From sequence record NC_047749.1: 64,000 nucleotides of DNA. One strand, 5' to 3'. Below are positions 18,725 to 27,300 of the stretch, in pieces. Below the pieces are notes generated by a model. It saw only the letters and a program-made list of their open reading frames with translations, was not told the origin of the DNA and searched no databases. The position numbers and the translations under genes were made by a program. Each line of letters opens with the position of its first letter. Within the stretch, counting starts at the first letter, position 1. Origin of the DNA: Escherichia phage DT571/2.

Positions 18725-19324
18725 TTACTCTTCGTTGTGCTCCTCGGATTGAGGTAACTGAGCTTTATTATATTGCTCAGATCGATATTTTGCCAAGATT
18801 TCAATACGCTTATGGATTTCCTCGCTATCTAGATAGATGTTTTTGTTGTCTTTTACCATCTCGTCGATTTCATCTATTGAGAAGAACGGATAGTAGACAT
18901 CTAGCATCATATCTTCTACGAACTTGTTATAAGATTCATAGGCTTTCTTGATTTCTTGACCTTTCTCACAGAACCCGCCAGAGAACGTGTGTCCCATTAG
19001 CGTAGCATGTGGATGTACTACCCATCCATGACAAGATAAGAAAATTGTGCAGTAAGCAGAAGCACTAGGACCAATCAGGTGTCCTATAACTGTTCCACGG
19101 CAATTAGCAATTAAGTTAGATAACTGTGCAGCGGTATCAACATAGCCCCCAGGGCCATTAATCATCAGATTAATTTCGTCGTCCTCATTTGCCTGCATAA
19201 GTACCATTGATAAATCACGGTATTCATCCGGCGGACCAAGTTCTTCATCAAAGAAAAAGGTATACTCGTTAGATTGGCGAATGGAGTGAAACAGGTTAGT
19301 CTTTTCTTCTTTTTTATTAGTCAT
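18725..19324 (-). CDS. ClpP-like serine protease
   Basis: 199 aa; INGPGG and GPSASAY...HPHATLMGH align with ClpP Ser and His motifs. Confidence 0.65.
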   Translation of the reverse strand: MTNKKEEKTNLFHSIRQSNEYTFFFDEELGPPDEYRDLSMVLMQANEDDEINLMINGPGGYVDTAAQLSNLIANCRGTVIGHLIGPSASAYCTIFLSCHGWVVHPHATLMGHTFSGGFCEKGQEIKKAYESYNKFVEDMMLDVYYPFFSIDEIDEMVKDNKNIYLDSEEIHKRIEILAKYRSEQYNKAQLPQSEEHNEE

Positions 19325-19336
19325 AGCAATCCTTGA

Positions 19337-20089
19337 TTATCCAACTAGTGGTTCTAGCTCTAAGTCACAGAAGTTATATACTTCTAGTTTAAGGTTATTG
19401 ATACCATTGAATTTATTAACTAATTCGTGAGTAATATATTTTGCAGGAATACCACTTTCAGATGAATGATCTGATTTAATAGTGAACTTCTGCTCAGCGG
19501 GCACTATATTTACTAGTAAAGAATCCATATCTAAATGGTTCGTTTCTCTGAGTAATTCTCCTTCATTGGGGAATCTCACATCTGTTATTACGGCGACATC
19601 TGGGTCGTCTTTAGCGATGGATTGCTCCAGAATTATGAGCCAAATGCGTTCATGTACCAGCTGCCTTCCTAGCTCTGTTCCTACGAGCTGTAACATTTTT
19701 CTCGGAGAAATAAATAAACTATAAAGTCCGTCTTCTTTATTCTCTGAGATAAGTTGCTGAGGATTAAGATATTTTTCCTCAAAAATCGGCCAAACGTACG
19801 AGAAGTCTTCAAACTTATTGATACCGTACTTAGACCATACGTCTCTAGCTCGCTCCAATTGAGATTGTGTGATCGTAAACCATTGGTCAATCTCTTTTCC
19901 CCTGCGCTCTCCTAGAAACTCTGGAGTTACACCGAGGATTACGGATGCAAGTTCATAAACGGGCTTAGCAAAACTATAACGACGGGGTAAACACGTTGGG
20001 TACATATCATTACACCAATCGATAATTAATTTTGCAACAGTGTCTTTTCCAGAACCAGCCCCGCCATGTAAACCTACTAATACTGACAT
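19337..20089 (-). CDS. dnk: deoxynucleoside monophosphate kinase
   Basis: 250 aa; P-loop GGAGSGKDT; size matches T5 dNMP kinase. Confidence 0.75.
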   Translation of the reverse strand: MSVLVGLHGGAGSGKDTVAKLIIDWCNDMYPTCLPRRYSFAKPVYELASVILGVTPEFLGERRGKEIDQWFTITQSQLERARDVWSKYGINKFEDFSYVWPIFEEKYLNPQQLISENKEDGLYSLFISPRKMLQLVGTELGRQLVHERIWLIILEQSIAKDDPDVAVITDVRFPNEGELLRETNHLDMDSLLVNIVPAEQKFTIKSDHSSESGIPAKYITHELVNKFNGINNLKLEVYNFCDLELEPLVG

Positions 20090-20442
20090 TAATCTTTCCT
20101 ATTGTTAATTGGTGGATAGTAAACTAAGCAACGTTTTTCTTGTAAATCTTGGCGGTAGAAGCAAACCATACTAGTCAATCGTGAGATATATGAATATTCT
20201 GCCTCCCGGCATTTTGCTAACATATTCCAATCTTTATATGGTACAACAACGACTACGCCATCTTCCCCATTTGTAGCTAATTTCTTTTCAAACTTAAAGT
20301 CAAAGCTACAAGGCTGAAGTCCTTTAGGCCAATCCACATGGGCTGTTGGTAGCTCATGTGATGGCTCTGATACTACCGTTTCTGCACAGCCTGTGATTGT
20401 GATTGCGGCTGCGAGCAGTATTCCACGCTTCCAGAAAGACAT
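20089..20442 (-). CDS. lipoprotein, o-spanin-like
   Basis: 117 aa; signal peptide with lipobox ITGC; overlaps upstream gene end. Confidence 0.55.
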   Translation of the reverse strand: MSFWKRGILLAAAITITGCAETVVSEPSHELPTAHVDWPKGLQPCSFDFKFEKKLATNGEDGVVVVVPYKDWNMLAKCREAEYSYISRLTSMVCFYRQDLQEKRCLVYYPPINNRKD

Positions 20443-20816
20443 GCTAATCTCTCCTCAAATTCTTTACTCTGCTTTTTAGCAATTAATGTAACCAATCCAG
20501 GCTTTGCAGCTATAATATCTTGACGACTAAGTGCTTTATCAAGCTGACTAATTTTCTTGTCTAGATCTGCTTGCGAAACATTATTCATAGTGAAATACTG
20601 ATTCATTCTAGTCTCACGAAGTTCACTCTCAGCCCTCACATTATTAAGGGAGGTTTCTAGAGTAGAGATCTTTTTAGTAGCTACTGCAAGATCACCTGAT
20701 AGAGTCTCAACCTTATTAAGTAAGTGATAAGCACCGAATCCGATGCCTATCGCTAGACCTGCTCCCAGGATAAACCATTTACCTTGCCATAGAGAACTAA
20801 TAAAGTTTTTTATCAT
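20373..20816 (-). CDS. i-spanin-like protein
   Basis: 147 aa; N-terminal TM helix then coiled coil. Confidence 0.55.
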   Translation of the reverse strand: MIKNFISSLWQGKWFILGAGLAIGIGFGAYHLLNKVETLSGDLAVATKKISTLETSLNNVRAESELRETRMNQYFTMNNVSQADLDKKISQLDKALSRQDIIAAKPGLVTLIAKKQSKEFEERLACLSGSVEYCSQPQSQSQAVQKR

Positions 20817-21493
20817 CTTTTCATATTCCTAAAAGAAGTAACAGTATCAAATCCATGTGCTGCTAGGCGGTCTTTATCTGATACAGTAATCATATCAGGC
20901 TCACCAGTACCTAGTACTCCCCAAATATACTGTTCTATAACCTGATGTAAACGGTATAGGTTAGGTTCCACACTCTGCCACGGAATACCTGATAGGTGTA
21001 GACGCGGATTAGTTATAACCTTGAAGTATTTATTGTTATCTTTATCATTTGGAACTAATGAATCTAGAATCGCTAACGGTACTCTTATCTCAGATAATGC
21101 TTCTTTAGCTTTCGGGGTAACTTCCTCTTGCCATGCTAGGATAGACTCTTTTGGCTTCTCCCTATTTATGTCTAGTAAAGAAAATCCTGCTGACCATCCA
21201 TTCTCTTCCAGAACTTCTAATGCTTCATCCAGACTGAAGGTTTTTACTTGGGTATCCAGTACATCAATGTGGTATAACCAGTAAATCTCTCCGGCTAGGA
21301 AGAAAGGCAAAATTTTAAAGTAGCCAATCTTTCCCTCAATACGAGCGACCATACGTTCCTGCATGATCATATAGTTGCCATCATCTGGGGCTTTTATTGT
21401 TAGCTCTTCAGTTTTACGCTCCCAAACACGATCTGAGTCAAATAAACTGTTCTGCAAATCATACACATCTGCAAATTTAGAAATGATTCTCAT
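20813..21493 (-). CDS. hypothetical protein
   Basis: 226-aa ORF. Confidence 0.55.
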   Translation of the reverse strand: MRIISKFADVYDLQNSLFDSDRVWERKTEELTIKAPDDGNYMIMQERMVARIEGKIGYFKILPFFLAGEIYWLYHIDVLDTQVKTFSLDEALEVLEENGWSAGFSLLDINREKPKESILAWQEEVTPKAKEALSEIRVPLAILDSLVPNDKDNNKYFKVITNPRLHLSGIPWQSVEPNLYRLHQVIEQYIWGVLGTGEPDMITVSDKDRLAAHGFDTVTSFRNMKR

Positions 21494-21524
21494 ATTTAAT
21501 CCTCTTGCCTCAATCTATGAATAT

Positions 21525-21553
21525 ATTATACAAAAGTTTGGGCATCTATGCAA
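21525..21553 (-). promoter_or_regulatory. T5-early-type promoter
   Basis: RC of TTGCAT-17-TATAAT. Confidence 0.55.
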
Positions 21554-21647
21554 CTAAAATTTTATCACAAAAATAGCCCAGTCGCAAAAGTGCAAGCTGG
21601 GCTTTGTCATTATTTGCTTTTGCTAGTAAGTTGACTTAGCGTCAATC

Positions 21648-22028
21648 TTATGTAATATTAGTTTCTCTAGCTTTGCGTAGTACCCCTGCATTTCTCCATA
21701 ATTTGATGTTAGCAACTGTTTCTTTATACGGAGCAATAGTAGAACCAATTGGGCCAGCAATTAATAACCCCAAGAACCCTATAATACGTAGGTAGAATAA
21801 ACATTCTTTGGCTGTTAGTTTCTCTATTGCCTTTTTCTGTTTTTCATCCTTAAATTCACGTTCCTGATCATCAATACGAAGGTGTTTGATGAACCATTCA
21901 GCAGAATATTCATCTAAGTGTCTAAGTATGGCTACTGCATACCCAGCACCAATTAAAAACCAGGTGGTAATAAGAATTAATACTATAGTCATATCATCTC
22001 CAGTTAGGGCTAGCAGCCACCTCACCAC
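21648..22028 (-). CDS. membrane protein
   Basis: 126 aa, hydrophobic segments. Confidence 0.5.
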   Translation of the reverse strand: MVRWLLALTGDDMTIVLILITTWFLIGAGYAVAILRHLDEYSAEWFIKHLRIDDQEREFKDEKQKKAIEKLTAKECLFYLRIIGFLGLLIAGPIGSTIAPYKETVANIKLWRNAGVLRKARETNIT

Positions 22029-22102
22029 TCACCGCACTAAGGGGCACGACTCCCTTATCCGTAACAGTTGCAGGTGACGCAACTCGGTCCTACGCGAGTT
22101 CT

Positions 22103-22387
22103 TTAAGTATTCTGCATTTTTGCTCTAAGTCTTTTCATATTACGAGTTTTTCGGTAATAGAAAAATACAGATGCTGGTCCTAGCAGAATATCTATAATAA
22201 ATAGCATAGACATACCACATCTTAGCAGCGTTTTATCATAAAGAGGTGCCAGGTCGGGTGGGCATGTTTTATGTATAATATATAAAAGTACGTCTTTGTT
22301 CTTGGAGATGAATAAATCATCTATTAGATTATAAATAGCAACCACAGAGCCGATGACGAACCAAAGAGCAAATGGAGAGATACTCAT
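22103..22387 (-). CDS. membrane protein
   Basis: 94 aa, hydrophobic segments. Confidence 0.5.
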   Translation of the reverse strand: MSISPFALWFVIGSVVAIYNLIDDLFISKNKDVLLYIIHKTCPPDLAPLYDKTLLRCGMSMLFIIDILLGPASVFFYYRKTRNMKRLRAKMQNT

Positions 22388-22540
22388 TTCAGATCCTTTT
22401 CATTAATTAGAATATCAGTAAACAGAGGGGCAAATTCTAAACTCATAGTAGGTCCAAATGTTTTCATAACTACAGAGTAATCATGCCATCTTTAATTTCT
22501 AGATCATATATCAGCAATTCTTTTAACCTTTCTTGTGTAA

Positions 22541-22948
22541 TCATTCTTCCACCTCAATATCACAATCGTAACGACAAGTAAAAGAACTAGAGCTATTAGT
22601 ACGTTGAGTAGTTATCTCACCACGTTTGCTAACAGTAACAGCCGGAGTAGAGAAGTTTTTGTTAGTATATATCTCTACTTTACCATTACGTTCTTTAACA
22701 TCACGAACTTTACCATATTCGGTAATAATGCCGTTCTGTTGTATCCTAACACTACCGTTTTTCATAAAAACTTTGGTAGATGCTAGAGAACCGAAACTAA
22801 CTGCGGAGATCATCAGTGCAATAATAAACTTATTCATCTTCATCCTCCCCACTACAATCACGACATACATCATAATCGTTGAAGGAATGTTCGTGAGCTT
22901 CACACCACCAGGAGCAGGAATCACAGAGGAATATTTCTGTTTTCTCAA
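22541..22948 (-). CDS. secreted protein (start probably near 22843)
   Basis: internal Met followed by signal peptide MKMNKFIIALMISAVSFGSLAST. Confidence 0.5.
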   Translation of the reverse strand: MRKQKYSSVIPAPGGVKLTNIPSTIMMYVVIVVGRMKMNKFIIALMISAVSFGSLASTKVFMKNGSVRIQQNGIITEYGKVRDVKERNGKVEIYTNKNFSTPAVTVSKRGEITTQRTNSSSSFTCRYDCDIEVEE

Positions 22949-23111
22949 GTGCTTGACCTAAAAGATCATCAGCTTCATCAGCAGTAATCTTCAATCCACA
23001 TACATCTGCCACACGTTCTTTGATTAAGCGACCTGCTTCATGGTAAGACATACAGGTTCCAACAACACTATGCTCGACAACGTGAATAGCACAGTCTAGA
23101 CGATTTTTCAT
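22830..23111 (-). CDS. small Cys-rich protein
   Basis: 93-aa ORF with 7 Cys. Confidence 0.5.
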   Translation of the reverse strand: MKNRLDCAIHVVEHSVVGTCMSYHEAGRLIKERVADVCGLKITADEADDLLGQALEKTEIFLCDSCSWWCEAHEHSFNDYDVCRDCSGEDEDE

Positions 23112-23141
23112 TTCAAACCCCTCTCATCAATTTATATAAAT

Positions 23142-23170
23142 ATTATAACAAGAAAAGAGAGGTTTAGCAA
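23142..23170 (-). promoter_or_regulatory. T5-early-type promoter
   Basis: RC of TTGCTA-17-TATAAT. Confidence 0.55.
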
Positions 23171-23187
23171 ATGAATTATTTCAGAAG

Positions 23188-23535
23188 TTAATCATATGCC
23201 CACCATAACCCACGCTTACGCATGTCATGATCGCGATTATAGTCGTAATTTTCTGGATCTTTCATCACGCGGTGGAGTTCTTGACGATTCCCTTGACGAA
23301 CCATTTTATTAGAATGCCACTTAACATTCTTACTAACAGAATTCCAGTTATAACCATCCTTTTTCTCATTACGAATGGTTGCTTCTTCCATTTCCTGTTC
23401 TACCACATCCCAGGATTTAGCATAAGTAACACGAATCCAGCAGCCACTTGCTTTGAGGAAAGTATATCCCTGGGTGTAATTAGCTTTAGACTTCCACCAC
23501 TGATCACCAGATTGTTTGCGATAAGTACGGCTCAT
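23188..23535 (-). CDS. hypothetical Trp-rich protein
   Basis: 115-aa ORF. Confidence 0.5.
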   Translation of the reverse strand: MSRTYRKQSGDQWWKSKANYTQGYTFLKASGCWIRVTYAKSWDVVEQEMEEATIRNEKKDGYNWNSVSKNVKWHSNKMVRQGNRQELHRVMKDPENYDYNRDHDMRKRGLWWAYD

Positions 23536-23656
23536 ATTACCTCCATTAAGTCTTTTGAATTAACCTAATGTGGATGAATTTTATTATACATAAATTATTT
23601 ACCTGTATACAGAAAAACCCCAGACTACTTATTCAATAGCTGGGGTTTGTTATTAA

Positions 23657-23971
23657 TCACAGATCGGGGTACTTATCTTCTAAACAGTCCGAGCTAATAT
23701 ATTCTTCGAGTCCTACAAAGCCATCAAATTCATCATTTGAAATATCCGTAATCAGTGCTTCCATTTTCCTAATTTCCGAGGTTTTCATGCCTGCTTTACT
23801 ATTCTTAAAGTATTTGCGAGGATTCCCGCACATCCAACAAGAACAGATGCAAGGAGTAGTAGCGATAATACCTAACCGCGTAGGACTTTCTTCATGAGGG
23901 AAGACTGTCCAATACTTCTTGCGGTTGTTCTTTACACGTTGCCGGTGATGACGTCTTAATGCTCGATCCAC
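23657..23971 (-). CDS. small Cys-rich (zinc-binding?) protein
   Basis: 104 aa; CICSCWMCGNPRKYF cluster. Confidence 0.5.
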   Translation of the reverse strand: MDRALRRHHRQRVKNNRKKYWTVFPHEESPTRLGIIATTPCICSCWMCGNPRKYFKNSKAGMKTSEIRKMEALITDISNDEFDGFVGLEEYISSDCLEDKYPDL

Positions 23972-24052
23972 ACATTTCTCCTAAAACTTGGGAGATAAAT
24001 GGAGTTTGCTCGACTACCTTACGTAGTTCGTAGAAACCGTATCCAAGCCCCA

Positions 24053-24421
24053 TTACATCGCCTGAGTAAATGTACGACTAATAACATCGTTCTGCTGTTC
24101 ACGCGTCAGTGCGTTAAAACGTACAGCGTACCCTGAAACACGGATAGTTAATTGAGGGTATTTTTCAGGATGTTTCTGTGCATCCAAAAGCTGATCACGA
24201 CTTAACACATTGACATTTAGGTGTTGACCCCCTTCAATTTGAGGGGCGACTTCCACCTTGACTTCACGAAAGGATTCAGAGTCAAAGTGAGGTGTGATAC
24301 CTTCTAGATCTTCAACTAGAACTTTCTGCTTAAGTTCGCCATCTTTAGAGTACAGTTGAATAATCTGATTATTATGAACAATATTAATCACGCCAGATTT
24401 AAGATTTTGGTACGCTTTCAT
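24053..24421 (-). CDS. autonomous glycyl-radical cofactor (GrcA/YfiD-like)
   Basis: 122 aa; C-terminal glycyl-radical motif RVSGYAVRF. Confidence 0.75.
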   Translation of the reverse strand: MKAYQNLKSGVINIVHNNQIIQLYSKDGELKQKVLVEDLEGITPHFDSESFREVKVEVAPQIEGGQHLNVNVLSRDQLLDAQKHPEKYPQLTIRVSGYAVRFNALTREQQNDVISRTFTQAM

Positions 24422-24528
24422 TAGATCTCCCCGATGTTAGAATTTGGTAGTTAGTAGTGGGTTTGAGTCGCTGTAGTCGTTCCGAGTGCCTTAGATCGCT
24501 GGGCTATCGAAGCATTAGAATATCTACA

Positions 24529-24819
24529 TCATACACTGTCTAAGTAAGAAGTATAATGGAATTTAGTTTCTCCAGTCTTATCTACTTCTACCTCAGTTCG
24601 TGGTACTTGACGAACCACACCATGAATCATCTTATAGCGAGTGCCTTTAGCTGGTTCATAATCTTTTGAGAATACTTGTTTAACCGTTACTACTTTATAC
24701 CCTTCACGCGGTGTTAGCACTACTACTTGATCACCTTCTTTGATTCTCCAAGAAGATGGAAATTCATAGGTGTATCTTTGATCACCAGTTTGGAATACTA
24801 CAGAAAGATAACGTTTCAT
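24529..24819 (-). CDS. hypothetical protein
   Basis: 96-aa ORF. Confidence 0.55.
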   Translation of the reverse strand: MKRYLSVVFQTGDQRYTYEFPSSWRIKEGDQVVVLTPREGYKVVTVKQVFSKDYEPAKGTRYKMIHGVVRQVPRTEVEVDKTGETKFHYTSYLDSV

Positions 24820-24849
24820 TTGGTTTCCATCTCATTAATTTATATAAAT

Positions 24850-24878
24850 ATTATAGCAATAAATAAGAGAGAAAGCAA
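24850..24878 (-). promoter_or_regulatory. T5-early-type promoter
   Basis: RC of TTGCTT-17-TATAAT. Confidence 0.55.
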
Positions 24879-24893
24879 ATGAATTTTTAAATT

Positions 24894-24968
24894 TGGTGCG
24901 GGATACGAGAGTCGAACTCGTGTCTACTGGTTGGAAGCCAGTTATTCTAGCCGCTGAACTAATCACGC
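24894..24968 (-). tRNA. tRNA-Gly (anticodon UCC)
   Basis: hand fold: encoded CCA, perfect T-arm ACGAG/TTCGACT/CTCGT, anticodon arm ACTGG-CTTCCAA-CCAGT. Confidence 0.7.
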
Positions 24969-24979
24969 ATTAATTTGGT

Positions 24980-25057
24980 TGGCAGGGGATATTGGATTTG
25001 AACCAATGATCTCGACTTCAAATGCCGTAGCTTTAGGCCAAGCTAAGCTAATCCCCA
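24980..25057 (-). tRNA. tRNA-Gln (anticodon UUG), U1-U72 mismatch
   Basis: hand fold: CCA, G73, T-arm ATTGG/TTCAAAT/CCAAT, anticodon loop ATTTGAA. Confidence 0.55.
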
Positions 25058-25063
25058 ATTGTT

Positions 25064-25139
25064 TGGCAGAAGGTAGTGGATTTGAACCACTGATCAGGGT
25101 TTCAGAGACCCCAGCCTTAACCGACTTGGCTCAGGTTCT
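25064..25139 (-). tRNA. tRNA-Gln (anticodon CUG), imperfect acceptor stem
   Basis: hand fold: CCA, G73, D-arm resembling E. coli tRNA-Gln, anticodon loop CTCTGAA; 5' boundary uncertain. Confidence 0.5.
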
Positions 25140-25303
25140 TCAAGGCGCTTACCTTCATGATCTACTCGAATGAGTCCACATCCTTCGCAAACCACAACTG
25201 CACCATAACCTTCTTTGACCTCAGCTTCTGTAATCAGACCAGAAAGATCACCAGTATCTCTGCCCCACATATCAATGGAGCATTGTTTGCAGAAATCAGC
25301 CAT
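25094..25303 (-). CDS. small zinc-ribbon-like protein; 3' end overlaps tRNA-Gln
   Basis: 69 aa; CxxC...CxxC (CKQC, CEGC). Confidence 0.4.
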   Translation of the reverse strand: MADFCKQCSIDMWGRDTGDLSGLITEAEVKEGYGAVVVCEGCGLIRVDHEGKRLEEPEPSRLRLGSLKP

Positions 25304-25305
25304 AA

Positions 25306-25533
25306 TTAATCCTTATTACAAGTGGTAGAGAGGATGGTACGATCGGAGATCCAACCGCCAGTGTAAGCACCATTGACTTTATATTCAGTCAAAGTACCGT
25401 GACCACGAATAGCGAAAACTGTTAGGGTTTTCGTGCCCCCATAACCATCTTTAACAGTTACGGTACAATCTAATGATGTGCCGATAGTGCAGCCAGCTAA
25501 AGTCAGAGCAGCAATCAATACTAAGTATTTCAT
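25306..25533 (-). CDS. lipoprotein
   Basis: 75 aa; signal peptide with lipobox LAGC. Confidence 0.55.
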   Translation of the reverse strand: MKYLVLIAALTLAGCTIGTSLDCTVTVKDGYGGTKTLTVFAIRGHGTLTEYKVNGAYTGGWISDRTILSTTCNKD

Positions 25534-25556
25534 GTTGTTATCCTTGTTAAGTTAAT

Positions 25557-25631
25557 TGGTGCATCCTCAGGGAATCGAACCCCAATCGTAAAGTTCGTGG
25601 CTTTACATTCTTTCCATTGAAATAAGGACGC
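25557..25631 (-). tRNA. tRNA-Arg (anticodon ACG)
   Basis: hand fold: CCA, perfect anticodon stem TAAAG/CTTTA, loop CCACGAA (C at position 33). Confidence 0.65.
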
Positions 25632-25637
25632 AATATT

Positions 25638-25714
25638 TGGGGTGGCTAGTGGAATTCGAATCCACATAGGCCTGATTCACAATCAGGATCATTAACCAAT
25701 TATGATATAGCCAC
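25638..25714 (-). tRNA. tRNA-His (anticodon GUG)
   Basis: hand fold: perfect acceptor GTGGCTA/TAGCCAC, T-arm GTGGA/TTCGAAT/TCCAC, anticodon loop TTGTGAA, CCA encoded. Confidence 0.8.
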
Positions 25715-25938
25715 AATTGAAAACTCGCAGGGTTAGCGAAACCATCCTCAATTAGCATGTTCTAGAATACTAATCAAGTTATCTCCTATTGCACGCAGCT
25801 CAAGACGAGTACGAATTTTCAATTGTGGCGGCTCTCAGAAACTCTTCTATTCTAGCCTCAGAAGCTTACCCCCGAACGCATGTCGGGAAAGTCTTTCCAA
25901 GAGCATCAAATAGCACCGTTACACTTTGAGCCATTATT

Positions 25939-26033
25939 TGGAGGTAGGTAAGGGGATCGAACCCTTACACCGTATCACTACGATCAACCGATTTCAAGTC
26001 GGAGTCCAGCGCCAGCCGTTGGATTGACCTACC
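25939..26033 (-). tRNA. tRNA-Ser (anticodon UGA), class II
   Basis: hand fold: perfect acceptor and T-arm, anticodon loop CTTGAAA, long variable arm. Confidence 0.7.
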
Positions 26034-26045
26034 ATATAAATTGTT

Positions 26046-26136
26046 TGGCGGAAGAGGAGAGATTTGAACTCTCAAGCCGTTTTACCAGTCAGCCACTTTC
26101 CAAGCGGTTTTCGTCGCCAATTCGATTTGCTCTTCC
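26046..26136 (-). tRNA. tRNA-Ser (anticodon GGA), class II
   Basis: hand fold: perfect acceptor GGAAGAG/CTCTTCC, T-arm GAGAG/TTCAAAT/CTCTC, loop TTGGAAA. Confidence 0.65.
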
Positions 26137-26172
26137 AATAATAAGATGATGCCTCTATCACGCCAGGCAGTT

Positions 26173-26245
26173 ACGCCTCGCTGGGATTCGAACCCATTAA
26201 AACAGCTCAACCGAGATAGTAGGTTTAATTTACTCTGACCATCAA
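26173..26245 (-). tRNA. tRNA-like element (T-arm only, no acceptor pairing found)
   Basis: canonical T-arm TGGG/TTCGAAT/CCCA at 26181..26197 but no complementary 5' acceptor located. Confidence 0.3.
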
Positions 26246-26248
26246 ATT

Positions 26249-26325
26249 TGGTGCGTGACAAGGGATTCGAACCCTCAAAACCCGACTTCTAGGGACGGTA
26301 TGTATGCCAATTCCATCAATCACGC
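26249..26325 (-). tRNA. tRNA, anticodon not confidently assigned (loop CCTAGAA would give UAG)
   Basis: hand fold: CCA, good acceptor and T-arm, anticodon stem with one U-U mismatch, D-arm unclear. Confidence 0.55.
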
Positions 26326-26330
26326 GTATT

Positions 26331-26405
26331 TGGTGGAGAAAGAGGGAGTTGAACCCTCGTCTTCTGCGTGCAAAGCAGATGTTCTACCATTAAACTATAT
26401 CCCCA
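26331..26405 (-). tRNA. tRNA-Ala (anticodon UGC)
   Basis: hand fold: CCA, T-arm GAGGG/TTCAACT/CCCTC, perfect anticodon arm TCTGC-TTTGCAC-GCAGA. Confidence 0.65.
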
Positions 26406-26642
26406 AATTCTTTAGTTTACTAAGGCTATTAGCTCGGCGTAACTACAGCACCTTCACTTCGAGCGGAAGGAACCGCGTCATCTCGCAAACCCGATACACT
26501 ATTCAGTTGCCGCTGAATCTAGTGGACTAATCTAGAACCTCCCCCAAATTGTAGGGATCGTGCTTTTTGGCAGCCAGTCCTAGGTCGAGCTAATACCTTA
26601 GTGAACTATGATGAGGATTTCTCCCCATCAATTTATATAAAT

Positions 26643-26671
26643 ATTATAACAAGAAATTAAGCATCAAGCAA
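26643..26671 (-). promoter_or_regulatory. T5-early-type promoter driving the tRNA cluster
   Basis: RC of TTGCTT-17-TATAAT; no ORF downstream, leads into tRNAs. Confidence 0.55.
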
Positions 26672-26772
26672 ATGAGTTTTTCCTTGAAATTGGTAGCGGG
26701 TTCCAGTACTGCCCTGGACTTACTTAGCTTATGAGACTAAGAAGAACTCTATGCCTTCCACCCGCAATTGTT

Positions 26773-26836
26773 TGGTCAGTGCGGCAGGACTCGAACCTGC
26801 GACCTGAAGCATCCAAGGCTCCCACGCTACGCACTG
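26773..26836 (-). tRNA. atypical 64-nt tRNA-like element (no room for a D-arm)
   Basis: CCA, perfect 7-bp acceptor CAGTGCG/CGCACTG and perfect T-arm GCAGG/TTCGAGT/CCTGC, only 29 nt between them. Confidence 0.4.
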
Positions 26837-26844
26837 AAAGTTTA

Positions 26845-27192
26845 TTAGTTTAACCGTAAAGTATTATCTACTTCACCATTAATTGTTCGGCATTCCTCTG
26901 GGATTGTCGGAGTGGCCTTGTATTCCCACCACTCAGCACCGTCATATTCCCCACGTTCTAGCCAAGTTCCATCGGCAAACCATACATTACCATAAAGTAA
27001 TTGTCCACCGTATCCAGAATCATATTCAAAGTCTAGGTTATTAAGAAAATCCTCAATATCTTCTTCTGTATAACCTAAAGGTAATACCCAGACTTTTTTA
27101 TCCCCATAATACCCGAATTCTATTTTAATACACTTAACTTTAGAATTGGTATTTTTTAAGGCGAGTAATAGCTCTTCTTTAGCATTACGCAT
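26845..27192 (-). CDS. hypothetical protein
   Basis: 115-aa ORF. Confidence 0.55.
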   Translation of the reverse strand: MRNAKEELLLALKNTNSKVKCIKIEFGYYGDKKVWVLPLGYTEEDIEDFLNNLDFEYDSGYGGQLLYGNVWFADGTWLERGEYDGAEWWEYKATPTIPEECRTINGEVDNTLRLN

Positions 27193-27217
27193 AGTATATT
27201 CTCATACTGAGTTAATT

Positions 27218-27291
27218 TGGCGCGACCGATGGGATTTGAACCCACATTCCCCGTGACAGGGGAGTACCATTACCAAGCCAGCCCCTGTCGC
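27218..27291 (-). tRNA. tRNA-Asp (anticodon GUC)
   Basis: hand fold: CCA, T-arm, anticodon loop CTGTCAC. Confidence 0.7.
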
Positions 27292-27300
27292 ATAATTCAT

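Noticed and set aside
24979-25173. Plus-strand ORFs across the tRNA cluster (also 26255..26530, 27471..27680, 28283..28489)
   Set aside because: They translate tRNA genes in antisense (recurrent GFEP/ESNP from the T-arm); not genes.
25715-25938. Additional tRNA in the 224-bp gap
   Set aside because: No acceptor/T-arm combination could be folded by hand; only short inverted repeats seen. Left unannotated pending tRNAscan.
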